A stretch of DNA of 64,000 bases from Phoronis australis (lineage: Eukaryota > Animalia > Phoronida). The stretch lies in NCBI GenBank assembly GCA_002633005.1, contig NMRA01000017.1, positions 392,260 to 456,259 of the forward strand. The letters are read 5' to 3'. This document shows positions 35,901-47,600 of the stretch, one piece after another. Made by a program: the position numbers and the translations under genes. The notes beneath the pieces are model-generated. The model ran no database searches and was not told where the DNA came from. It saw nothing but the letters and a program-made list of their open reading frames with translations. Numbering within the stretch: position 1 is the first letter of the stretch; every line of letters begins with the position of its first letter.

Positions 35901-38900
35901 CAGTGACACCACTGCTTTCCAAGAGGGCCCTTGAATTTTCACCTGATACTAGGTCCGTCATGTGATAGCTCATATCTGCGCCAAAATGTACTATGAGGAT
36001 TTCACTTCCTCAAGCATTAAAGCGATGTCTCAGTGGTTGGGTCTCTTTCAACGTGACCTCACCAGCATAAATCTTCATAGCATGTGGGTAACGTAAGATC
36101 AGTGCTTAGCCAATTACTTTCAGTAGCCAATGAAAAATACTTGTTGCATCACCCAAACACAATAAATCTCTCTCGCTTGCTTATTGTAACTGTGTATACC
36201 ACAGTTATGCTAATTACTGAGAACGTAGCTTGGAGGACAGTGAGGATTTTGACACATTGTAATAATGACAGGAGGGATATAAAGCAGGGCTTATATGATT
36301 TTGATGAAGATGCACAGAACAAAAATGAAACAAAAATTTGGAAAACTGTAACAGCGTTTTTAAGATTTTATATTGAACATTTGTGTCATATGAAATTTGG
36401 TCAAGTTATTGATCCTGTTGTTTTGCTATTAGCATACTTTTCTTTTTTGGTAAAATTTCCTAAAAAAGCAAGGTCACGTGACCTAATTAGTGGCAGGTTG
36501 CCATAAAGTCAGAAATCAAATTCTATAGAATTTCTGCTTCAGAAAATGCTTACTTTCACAGACTTAAATAAGATATTGCATGACCTTACGATAGTTCCAA
36601 GCCTATTTTACGTTGCAAAAGGAAACAGAAGAGGGCGTTCTTGGTGGATTTACGACACTTACAAACACTTTACTGGCATACTGCGACAGTCTGTCTACTT
36701 CACGACTGTGTACAACCTTGCGTGAAGTGTTGTCAAGCCTCGGAGATATCGGCAAGAATGACCTATTAACAGAGTTTCAGACAATCATAAACAAGAGTCC
36801 TTTGATCAAGCAAGAGCTGTTCTATGGTTGTCAACACTTGCTTTCTGCGTACTCTTATACAGTTTGTCTATACAGCACTATGGAAATTAGAAAACAAATA
36901 CTTTGCTACTATGATTTCTTCAGAATGTTCACAGATATTTGTGGCACATTTCCAATTTTAACAGATCATTTCTAAAGTCTATTGGTCTATTGATATAGCC
37001 TGATTACACTGGCTAAATGTTGATGGAAACAGGTCAATAGATTTCAGTAAATTAATTCTAATTTTAGCTTCAGATGTTTTATACATGTTGCAAAATTCTG
37101 TAAATATTATAACTGTGTAACTACCTCATTTCAATAACAAAAATGAAAGAGGTTATTAGGTCATTAATTGTTACTAATCACCGATGATGCTTTGAATAAC
37201 CTTGTTGACTGCTAGCTCCTTTGTTGTATTGTAGCCTTATAACCTTTACACGGAATAAAGTTTTCCTCTAACAAGCGACTACTTTTAACTTGACCGAGGC
37301 ATTGATTAAAAACAAAAACAGCACAGATAGATGAACAAAGAACACTCATTCTGCAAAAGTGTGTTTATAAATATTGGACTTAAAATAAAAAACAATAATG
37401 ATGGCATATTAACAACAATGACTTACTCGGAGGCTGGCTTTTCCTGCTGACTTTTCTTCTTTCTTTTTGCAACACGTTCAAGCTCAGTTGTCTCCAGGAT
37501 TCGATAGGCCAAATCATATTTAAACTGCAGAGAGACGCAAGAATTTAGCCTGCTTTTTAGTTCCGCCAAAATAATTTTGCAGAAACTGCCACTAATTGGC
37601 ACAGGACACGATGCTAAAACTATACACAGCTAACAATTAACATGAATTTTGTAAGCATGCTTCAATTGTTAAAGTGCAGAATTTGAACCACCCATTTCCA
37701 CGACCGTTAAAAACAGAGGAGTGCGATAATAAAATGAACCATGTTTAGTGTTACAAACATTTGCAAAATTTGCAAAAAGCGAGAGCACAATCAGCAGAAA
37801 CTTTGTTCATTCAGAAAGTGAATTTTTAAACAAGAAAAAAATTGACACAATTTCCTTTTCTGTACTCATTACGCTCCTGAATCTTACATGCACAAATTGA
37901 TTTTAACATTTTATGACCACTATTTGCACAACAGGCAAAATAAGAAAATTTGACTTCACTACAGGGTATCTCTCAAGGATTTTATTTAAAGCAACACATT
38001 CCACGCTGACATCATGAAGTACGCAATTTTTCAAATCCAACTAGCCAATTTGCAGATGTCTTGTATGGAAAATATGAAGGCTATACTTTTATAGGTAATT
38101 TGACCAAGCTTACTGAAGCCTAAAAATAAACATCATATTTGATATTTTTTTATTTCTTTAAGTTTGCTGTCTTACTAACTTGTTCTGTTCACTAGCAAAA
38201 GGCTATTGATTAATGTAAGACTGTCAAAAAAACCTGAATAAGCTCGTCTGGGTAGATATTTAGTTAAAAGCTAGTAAACCTGTTCCCTTGGTAACTATTG
38301 CTGTGCAAGCAGTAGCCACTGAAGCTGACTTCAACTTTGGCAAATTGTACAACCAAGCAAAACGTCTTGCCAACTGGGGACAAAACAAATCCTATGACCT
38401 GCTTATGTGTGACACTGTGGCTAATGTTATGAATTCAGTTGCGCTAAACTCCTGCTGTGTTGTTGGCAAGGTTATGTGACCATAGTCTGCAACCTTGCCT
38501 AACAAGTTTGTATTATATTGGCCAAGTTTGTAACACATTTGTTGGTCAATTAATCTTTCCAGTAATGGCAATCTGAGTTCAAAGAATTTTGATTCATAGC
38601 AATTCAAAGTGATGCCCATTTTTTCAACAACTTTTACTGTTAAACAAGCCGTTGAAAAAATTACCATTAAATGGTTTGTCCTGATGAGGCCACGACCTGT
38701 TGGATCCCAGCGATTTTCACGGCGTTCTCTATTGATGAAGAGCTCCCTACAAAATTTTACATCAATCATAAAACTCAGAGCTGGCAGATTGGTAAGTTTC
38801 CCAACTCAAATTCTTTCTCACAAAGTAAAGGTGAATCAAAATGCTCACCGTCCAATCAAATTTTGTAACATGGCTGAAAAAACAAAACCAGTTCTGGCAC

Positions 38901-39299
38901 AGGTTCTCAGACAGGCTTAAGGGTTAAATATTAATAAAAATATAACACCCTGTCCTCCAATGAGTGGTAGTTCCACTTTGTTCAATAACTCACAAGTTGT
39001 GGACAAAAAGCTTAATATTTCAAAAATTACTTTACAAGCCACAGGCACAGGTGCATGTTGACCAAAATGTTTATCAAAAAAATTCCGAAGTATTGTTGCG
39101 TTCAATTGTAACTGTACAACACCACTTACAGTTTGTCTTTAACTTCTCTTGAGACTAACTCAGCATTAGTGACCACTTTCTTCTTCCTTTTCTTCCTCTC
39201 CACTTGCACTGACTGTTGTGAGCTATCTTCAGACTTACTCCGCTCTTGACTTGTCACTTCCGGGAGGGTCTCCCTGACTGACATTACCTCAGCGGGCAT
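27034..39299 (-). CDS. Uncharacterised ~2100-aa acidic, low-complexity protein with a giant terminal exon
   Basis: complement(join(27034-32937,36663-36762,37427-37591,39130-39299)) is in frame (2112 aa); all three donors are GTAAGT; acceptor of the 37427 exon is ambiguous (37591 or 37585). Non-coding first exon ends at 41288. Confidence 0.75.
33090..33480 (-). mobile_element. Fragment of the same Helentron-like repeat family
   Basis: Reverse complement contains ctcaatatctacca..gttc and tccaactactgtggcacc..tagtggcaa, as in 55700-55860. Boundaries approximate. Confidence 0.5.
36663..36762 (-). CDS. Giant-exon gene internal exon (SFLPISPRLDNTSRKVVHSREVDRLSQYASKVF)
   Basis: taatag acceptor, gtaagt donor; phase 2 in and phase 0 out bridge both neighbours. 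Confidence 0.75.
37427..37591 (-). CDS. Giant-exon gene internal exon (..LKSRLNSCVSLQFKYDLAYRILETTELERVAKRKKKSQQEKPAS)
   Basis: GA|GTAAGT donor; open helical/basic frame; 5' boundary uncertain. Confidence 0.65.
39130..39299 (-). CDS. Giant-exon gene first coding exon (MPAEVMSVRETLPEV..ERKKRKKKVV..KDK)
   Basis: ttttcattgtag|accATG acceptor and Kozak context; CT|GTAAGT donor. Confidence 0.75.
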
Positions 39300-41287
39300 G
39301 GTCTACAATGAAAACATGTTTGAGCAATGAGAGGTGATCAGATGGAACCGATGACTTAGCGCCACCTGGCTATACCAAGAGGTACTTCTTCACCACAGGA
39401 AATATGTTTGATTTTGTGAAAAGACCCTGTATTGTGCATGTGATTAGACATGATGTTCCCCTTGTCCTCTAGAGGAATCCCATATGACCAGTCACCATAT
39501 TGCTACTTCAAATCTCCTTTTGTATCCTTGCATAAGGACATGTGACAGTAGAGTGGCCAGTGTAAAGAATGCAGGCCTGCAGTCAGCTATTGAGATGCAC
39601 ACTTGTTATAAGGGAGTGACACTCACACCAAATTGTCACTCGGGAACAAACAATTATTTTCACTCCCTCCTCCAGGACCAGTTCGACCCCCTATAGTCAC
39701 CAATTCCTTCAGGACCAGACTGTAGCATTGTGCTGCCTGATGCCAACATAACTTCCAACCTTCATGACTTTTCAAATGCAATATGCAGGTCTTAAGAGAC
39801 AACTTCTGCTTTTCATTTCTGCTTCCTACTCTTCTACGTATATTTCGTGGGTGACATAGTCATAATTGTTTGAGATGGCTTTTACTACAGTTTTGAACAT
39901 CAACTTTCTTCACAAAGTTATAATTATTTTAAGATCTATGGCTAATGTCTCAGATTTTCATTTACTTTCAAACATCAGAGATATATCAGACAACCGTCAA
40001 ACATAAAGAACTAGGTAAGATTGTTCTTTTAAAAAGGATCACGTGATTCCATTTTAAAATTCAAGCAAACATTAAATTTATTTGAATCTTACGCAAAAGT
40101 TGCACACAGTGAATTTGGCATGCCATTAGAAATTTGCACTTACATAAAAATGATACTTTCACAAAAAATGTGTAATGAGATTTTTTTAGAAAAAGATCCT
40201 GAATTTTCACCCAACTGTGTCAATTATAACATTAGTGGACAAGAGCACCTGCACAGTTAGTGGAATATCCCTGTCAAAGCAGACATGACAGACATATATT
40301 CATTAGTAACATCATTTTTTGGCCAAAGTACACACTGTGGCGATAGTCCATTTTCTAATTATATTCACTAGGTCACGTGACGTGGCCAACAGGTTGTGTG
40401 CAGACCAGACTTAAAAATTGTTTCCGATCTATATTTCCATGCGGCTCAAGATTACATATTCATACATTTGTTCTATTAACAAACATGAAAATGTAATGGA
40501 TCAGTGTGTTTAATTTGCAAATCATCTACAATAACAAACCTTCAGGGGCATCCGGGAACCCCCATGCTATAATTTTGTGTTTTTGCATTTGTATTGGCCT
40601 TTCACTTGGACAACTACTGAACATGACTATGCGGGAGGCCAAACTTCTAAAACAATTCACAGCTGTATGCTAAAGGGTTGTTTTGTAAAAATAACATATT
40701 AGTTGAATAAACTGACAGTCTGGTTCAGAATAACAGTGTTCTGTGACAACTCTGGTTATACTGTGCTCAATAGTTCCATCAATAACTTTGTAAAAAATTC
40801 AGCATGCCGGCGGCGTGTATCAAACTTGGCAATTGCCTCTTGTCAAGCAAATACGAGAGGATTCACCAGACTCTATAATTTCATGAGCCAAGCCTAAGTC
40901 CCAAGTGAGATTTTTAACAGGTTTCAATTTTTCCTCGATCTTGTCTGATCAGCTGATCGCTTGACACCGCCACTCGGAGCCCAAGAAAGGCAGGAAAATA
41001 TTCTTTATTAAACTGTGAAAAATATATGGCAAAAACACAACAGAGCTTATACGGAGGTACACAATACGATGAAAAGGTTTCGGTCACAGGTACACTTGAA
41101 TTAAAGTCACTGGCAGTCTCCCATCTCCGTGCCTAATGACCCTAATGCATTGTTGATAAACAAAATCCGCGAAATTGCGAGAGTACGGAGCCGCATTTTG
41201 CAAAATGTTCAGCGAATTCCGAATCCGAAGCAAATTTTCATCAAACGGTTTGAGATCAGATAATCGCGACTACCAGTCCTTACTTAC

Positions 41288-41666
41288 ATCTTATTGTCCA
41301 AGAGCCTCAAACCATATCATTCAACTTTTCAAGGAAAGTGTAAAAGAGCCACCAACTTCACGAAGTTGCCATGGACGCCATTAAAGGCTCCTGTCACGTG
41401 ATAAAATTTCAACAACTTCTTTATTACAGTTCCCAGAATTAAGTGTGTTATGTGCCTTTTATAACATAAACCGTTATTTCAAAAAATAAATGACGGTTAC
41501 ACCTTAGATAATCTTCCTTAAAGACACCAATTAAAGTGTTTTGCGTTTTGGATTGAGACTTGATATTTCCTAACGGCAGAAACGAAAACTAAACTATCAA
41601 AATCACGTGACACACTTACCTAGCCAATCAAATGTTCCAGCTCGAAAATACAAAATACACTTCAAG
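41288..41666. promoter_or_regulatory. Bidirectional promoter plus 5' non-coding exon of the minus-strand gene
   Basis: Divergent genes. Inverted GTCACGTGA E-boxes (41393, 41603), CCAAT box agccaatca (41622), Myb-type TAACGG (41471 on minus, 41571), CHR-like TTTGAA on minus (41478), X-box-like GTTGCCATGGACGC (41365), minus-strand donor GTAAGT at 41287. Confidence 0.7.
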
Positions 41667-41691
41667 ATGGACGGGGTTGGAAGTGATCGGT
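41667..41691 (+). CDS. SGO: Shugoshin exon 1 (MDGVGSDR)
   Basis: caagATGG start just downstream of the CCAAT box; T|GTATGA donor. Confidence 0.6.
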
Positions 41692-44600
41692 GTATGACTC
41701 CAAAATTGGTTCGTTATTTTACAAACTTGGTCTCCGTTTTGTTTTAAATATTGATTATCATAATAATTATAGACAGAGATCTAGTGTTTCGGATATGCTT
41801 CAACATCTTAAGTGGAGATCGCTTGTTAATTAGAAGAGCAGACATGAAACTGTTAGAGATGTCTTGATTGATTGTCATGTGCGTGTTGTGTGACAAAACA
41901 AAAGAATCCATCCTGCCCCACTTACTCAGTCCCAGCTATGTTCATAGAGTATTTTGAGAATACTGAGTACAGATGAAGGTGTTTCAAAGCTCATCTGAAC
42001 TGAAGCCGGGTAAGGGCTTGATACTATCCATCCTATACTACGTCCGACTAGTGCCATTCTATTGATTGATTGTCAGTGTTACCCTCTCAGTCTCAGTTAG
42101 GTTAGCCCTATCAGTATCAGACAGTTGTTTTCAACTTTTAAGAAATCGCTAGAGGCGAGCCGGAAGATATAGTCCACTCTGATTCCGATTGTAACAGAGA
42201 CACAGCTCAATAACGGCTCCATTTGTTGCTAGATACTGCTTTCCATAGCTATAGCAGGATCAGCAGTTCAGATCACACTCACTCAGATATATATACTCGG
42301 TGTACTTGTGACTGTTTTTAGCCTGCATTCATTACTCACTTGTGTAATGTATACAGACATACTGGTTACTGGACATAGCGTCCTCTAATGTAGAGAACCA
42401 GCCAGTCTCTGAACAACAGATTTTGCTATTTAGTATAGCCGGGTTTACAGTTTAAAATTTGTGTTCAGCTGAACACATAAAACTTCTCCTTAATGCCAGC
42501 AGGTGGCATTATATTTGTTACATAGGTTGTGGTTTAGGGTTTTTCTCAAATTTTGTTCATTGATATGTTTTTGAATCTTTATCTATTTTACGATATGTTG
42601 GTCATTAACAGTGAAATTTGATTATTGTAATATTTCTTAATATCACTTAAGTTAAAGTTTAATTTTAGTGAATTTGCAATTAATTTGTTTTCTATAAAAG
42701 ATTAAAAAGTCCAAATGTCACATCCGCTACAAAACGAATACTATGAAATGCATGGATAGGTATGTGTTGTTTATTTGTCATTAAAAGCATTTGATAACAT
42801 TTCCTTATTTTCAGCAATTGGTGTTGGAGAAGTAAAAAAATCGCTCTTTTGACTATTATTTTTGGTGCTAAATGAATGAAGAATTAGTGCGGCATGCACT
42901 AAATGTAACCCTCTTTTCCAAATAGGACATCAGCCTCAACCACAAGAAGCCCAAGGTACGCGTGAATCGACTTGTGCGAACTACACCAGCAAGAGGCAGG
43001 AAACAAAGGATACAGAGTTGTAAGTGACAAAATTGTACATGATCCATTGTAAGGGTCCATACTCTGAGTTATAGTGACAATATTGTACATGATCCATTGT
43101 AAGGGGCCATACTTTTAGTTATAGTGAGATATTGATTTGAGGGCCCATATCCTGTGTTAAGCTGAGTATCAATTCTGTAACCAATGGTTAAATTGTACTT
43201 TTAGAAAGTTTAGATTATATACAAACTCCACACTTGTGTTATGAAGGTTTGTTGGATGAAATTTGAGGACTTCGGACTTGCTAGTGAAGGGGACAATTTT
43301 GGCTTTGTCAAGTTTCACTTACAATGTACCTAAATCTGCAACTCTGTGACTGACAATGTCACCTGATCTAAAGCTACTTTTAACGTTATCATGTTTATCA
43401 TATTTCAGTCAATACATCATCCAGTTCAATCACTAAATGCAAGAAGAGTCTCAAGTTAAACAACAGAGCGCTGGCACAGGCTCTTGAACAAGCTAGGAGT
43501 GCACTGGCATTACAACAGTCTGAGAACATCACTCTCAACAGAAAGCTTCAGCTGAGTAACGAGAGGCTCAATCAATTGAATCATGTAGCGAGCTTGAAGA
43601 ATGAAGAAATCGAGGCAGAGGTGCACAAGAGGGTACAGGAACGGCTCGCACAGATGACGTCCTTGCTGAATCGCGTGACGCACGACTTGGTCGGTACCGT
43701 GGATGTGTTGGGTGATGCAGTGCGCATGTGCAGCAATGCGACACCTAGTGGTAAACAACAGGGTCAGGCTAGGACGAGTTCAGGCCAAGAATCTGATGGA
43801 ATCACACCACTGCCTGCATCAAATCAGAGGTAAAATGCGCGTGTTTGGAATTACAAGTTGAAAACCCAAGATTATCAGGTGTCTGTTCAGTTTTAGATTT
43901 TCATGTGTCTTTTGTCGTAAAAAAGTTGAACATGTTTGGAAAGGATTCTACAAATTTCTGACAATTTCGTGTGGAAAAGTGGCACTTTTAGTTCATTTGT
44001 TATATCACTAGAGTGCGCCTGTTCACCCTGGGAAAGAGGGTATATTATGCGAAATACAGAGTATCTCATGAGTTAAGTGTTATTCAAGTCTATTTACATG
44101 TTCTCAATTAGACATACTTCAGGTGTAATAGTGCAAAGAAAAATAGCAGCAAAACACGAGGTGTTGAATGTCTTTTACCGTCAGATTGTTTTCTGAAATT
44201 AAATGGTTTCTGTCCCTCAAATAGCCCAAAGTTTTGACAGATCAGTTTTCTTGAAACCGCACAAATCACCTAAACGTTTATCATTTGTACCTGACGAAGG
44301 CCCTCGGCCTTGATTGGGAGGGGGGAGGAGGTTATTCAGAAAAGTTTCTTCTATTGAGTATAATGTTCCATAGAGCCAGATGCCAAGGTTCTGATTTTGT
44401 TTTATGCAGGACTATATATTATACTGGCAACAAGGAAGCTGGCAGAAAGCCATCGAAGAACTCCGTTCACAGATCACCGACCACGACAACTGGTCAAGTC
44501 GTAAGACGGAGCCAGACAAACAAATACGAAGAGACAGCCACTACCCACGCTCAGCGTGATGTCATCAAAAACCTTTCCACTTTCCCAACATGTATGTCAG

Positions 44601-47600
44601 GATTGAAAAAATGCATTTTATTGGTTCAGCTGTACAAGTTACTAATCTGAAGCTAGGACACATTGTCTTTGTTACCTAGGACACATTTTCTTTGTATTAC
44701 CTTCAGCGTGTGTTCACCTTGAAAAAATAGTTTTGCATTAGAAAGAAGTGCACTAGAAATGTGTTAGTACAGCATTTTATGTCTTATTCTGGCTTGAAAA
44801 TCCTGCGTAACTTGTTAATGGCAGATGGGCACAGCAAATTTAAACATCTGTTGTTGTGTGATCTCTGAAAATCAGTGAGGAAAATTAGTTTCATGAATTA
44901 AGGAGACGTGAAGTGTATACAAAACACACATTTCTACGGAAGTTCCATTTGTTGTGGGGAAGTTTGCAGTGACTACAGAAACATGCATGTCAAAACAACT
45001 TAGGTGATCCTTTTGTGTCTGTAACTAGGTGATTAATGAATTATAGGGGAAGTGGAAGAAGACTTGATTTTTGATTAAAAATTGTGTCTGCGGTTTATAA
45101 ATTTGAATGGAAAATATCTGAAGTTGGTACAGCGGCAGATGTGGGGCGATCAGCTGTCTTTCATTTTCACTCACACAAGGATTTGCGCATCATCTCAGAC
45201 CTCTAGAAATAACTCCTGTGATTTGTGGATAGCTCACATCACTGTGTTGTTGTCAAAGTGTCCGAGTGTGGTATTGAGTTTGAAGAAAAGTAGCTACTGA
45301 TTGGGGTAATTAATAGTTTGCAGCATGTTAAACTTTTGCTAGGCTTGTAGTGTTTCTTTTGTTCATTTCAGTATCAGAACGCACTGAAGGGACAGCTGCC
45401 AATGTACGTATTTTTGATTATTTTCTCGATTTATGTTCCAAACTATGTTTGACAGTCATCACAGTCACTGTATTGTTTACAATTTTTTTTTCTATAGCCA
45501 AATAAATAATGAAAATAACAAAAAGCAATTCTCGCGTTATGACGCTGGCCACACAGTTTGCCTTCAACTGGTTCACAGACAACATTGGATTTATCGGGAA
45601 ATAACATGTAACTGCGTAGAAATGCTCGGTGAGAGTTGCATGCTGAAATATCAGAGCTTTGGTGGGATTTGCAGCAAATATGTGATGTTGTGGAGAACTC
45701 ATGGTATTCTCATCTAGATGGTCCCGTGTTGAGTTCAGTCGCAGGCCTTCGGCTTCTTCAGGACTGAGTTTGAATACAACTGAAGCGGTTTCTCAACTCA
45801 GGCATGCTATTGGCTTACACGCAAGCTTCATCTTACATTCTGACGCATATTTTCCTGCATAGTCTAACAGTCATATGGTATAACAATGAATAAAAATTTT
45901 ACAACTTTGAAACGATACCGTAGACAGTTGATTCACTCAGCAGGGTGTTTTTACAGGATGGAGAGAGAGCCATGTCTCAACCCATTGATACCGGCAGATT
46001 TATTAGTGAACTTCAGGTATTTACCACTCGCTCTTTGTAGCATTTATTAAGTGCCCATTCTAAATACTAGCTAACATTTGGTGTGGTGTCTGTGGGAAGT
46101 ATATTGAGTAACTGAACTTTTACCTGAACTTGTAGTGTCACACTTTTCTCTACAGAACTTCTAAAGAAAGGTGAACTACTTCATGTCTTGGAATTTTTCT
46201 CCTTAATAGGATTTTCTTTTTTTTTTTGTTGTTGCTATTTCATCTTATTTGATTGCCAGTTTCCTCTTTTTTGCCTCTTTTTTATCATTGTTTTGCCTAT
46301 ATTCATGCAAAAAAATGTTTCTTGTTGTTTAATGTTACAACACAAAAAAATATTTCTGTCATATAAGTCTGTAGAACGATACATCACCTGAAAATTTTTC
46401 CTATTTTTTGTCATGGGTCATTCATTCCAAGCCCTGGTAAGCTCTTGCATACATGATAACACAGCTGTCTTCACATTTCACCAATTTCCCAAGTCAGGGC
46501 GTACTATAAGTGCTTCGTATTCAAAATAAAGAAGTTCAATCACATACATCTAACCACCACTTGACTTGTTGGTTACAATGTCTCCCCCAGTTTACACAGG
46601 TACGACTTCCTTTAACAAAATATGACTTAATTCCTCGTTTTATGTAACATGTCATGCATATCTTGTACTGTTGCAGGCATTCCAATCAGTGCCACGTGTT
46701 CTGAACACTAACTTGACAACAGAGCAGCTCCTCCTGGAGAGTAATGATGTCATCACTGCCATACAACAGTCCTCATCCAATCCCAGTTCACCACATAATA
46801 GGTAGGTCAACTGTTGAATCCTCTTGGGGATGATTTCAACTTGTTAACTGTTTGAGTAGTTGGCACATCAACAATACATAATCAAATATTAGAATAAACT
46901 TCTAATAAACTTGACACCAGCTGCTGTGGCCTACTGACTGCGCAAACTGTAATGATTCTGTATTGATAAACCCCACAGTATTCAATATCAAACACGTGTG
47001 ACAAAAATTCATGATAAACCATGCTTTACTCGCTGTTTTGTGATGTATGTGCATTTTATTGTTGAATCCTGTGTAGTGCAATGACGAAATGTCTTGTTTA
47101 TATGATACACTCAAGGTTGTTTACTCAGAGAACAAAGGTCATGAGGGCACACATTATGTCATGTCGATGAATCCTCAACTTTAAAAAATACATTAAAGCC
47201 TACCACATGCCAATTTCACTGGAAGTGCTCTTATGTATAGTCACCTTCATTTTTGAAAGTTTGTCTGACGGTCATTCCTGCTTTAATTTTTAGTCATATT
47301 CCCTGAAAAACTACTTCAATTTCAAAGCATTCAAACATTGATCAATCGAGTAGAAATTTTCTGGCAAACCCAATAAGCCATCTGACCCATAGAAAGCAGC
47401 CGGCTAAATACCTTGACTGAACCACATATCTTAGTTGCGTCATTGCACACCAAATTCTGTGGCAAGATCCAACTGAATCTTGCATCCAGACCTGTGTAAG
47501 CACAGCTCCCTGAGAAAGTGGGCACACAAGATGTCACAAGCTCTGTCTGTGTGGGACATGTTGTGCAGAGAGTAAACAAGACTGAAATCATCAGAAGTGA

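Noticed and set aside
36613-36975. 120-aa plus-strand ORF as a nested gene
   Set aside because: Partly the antisense of minus-strand exon 36663-36762; TTG start; no homology recognised.
38288-39105. Cluster of 60-125-aa ORFs on both strands in an intron of the giant-exon gene
   Set aside because: No recognisable motif, several stops between same-frame ORFs, no consistent splice chain.
46156-46170. 15-nt AG/GT-bounded microexon in Shugoshin
   Set aside because: In the required phase 0 it reads AAC TTC TAA; at most a poison exon, with no support.
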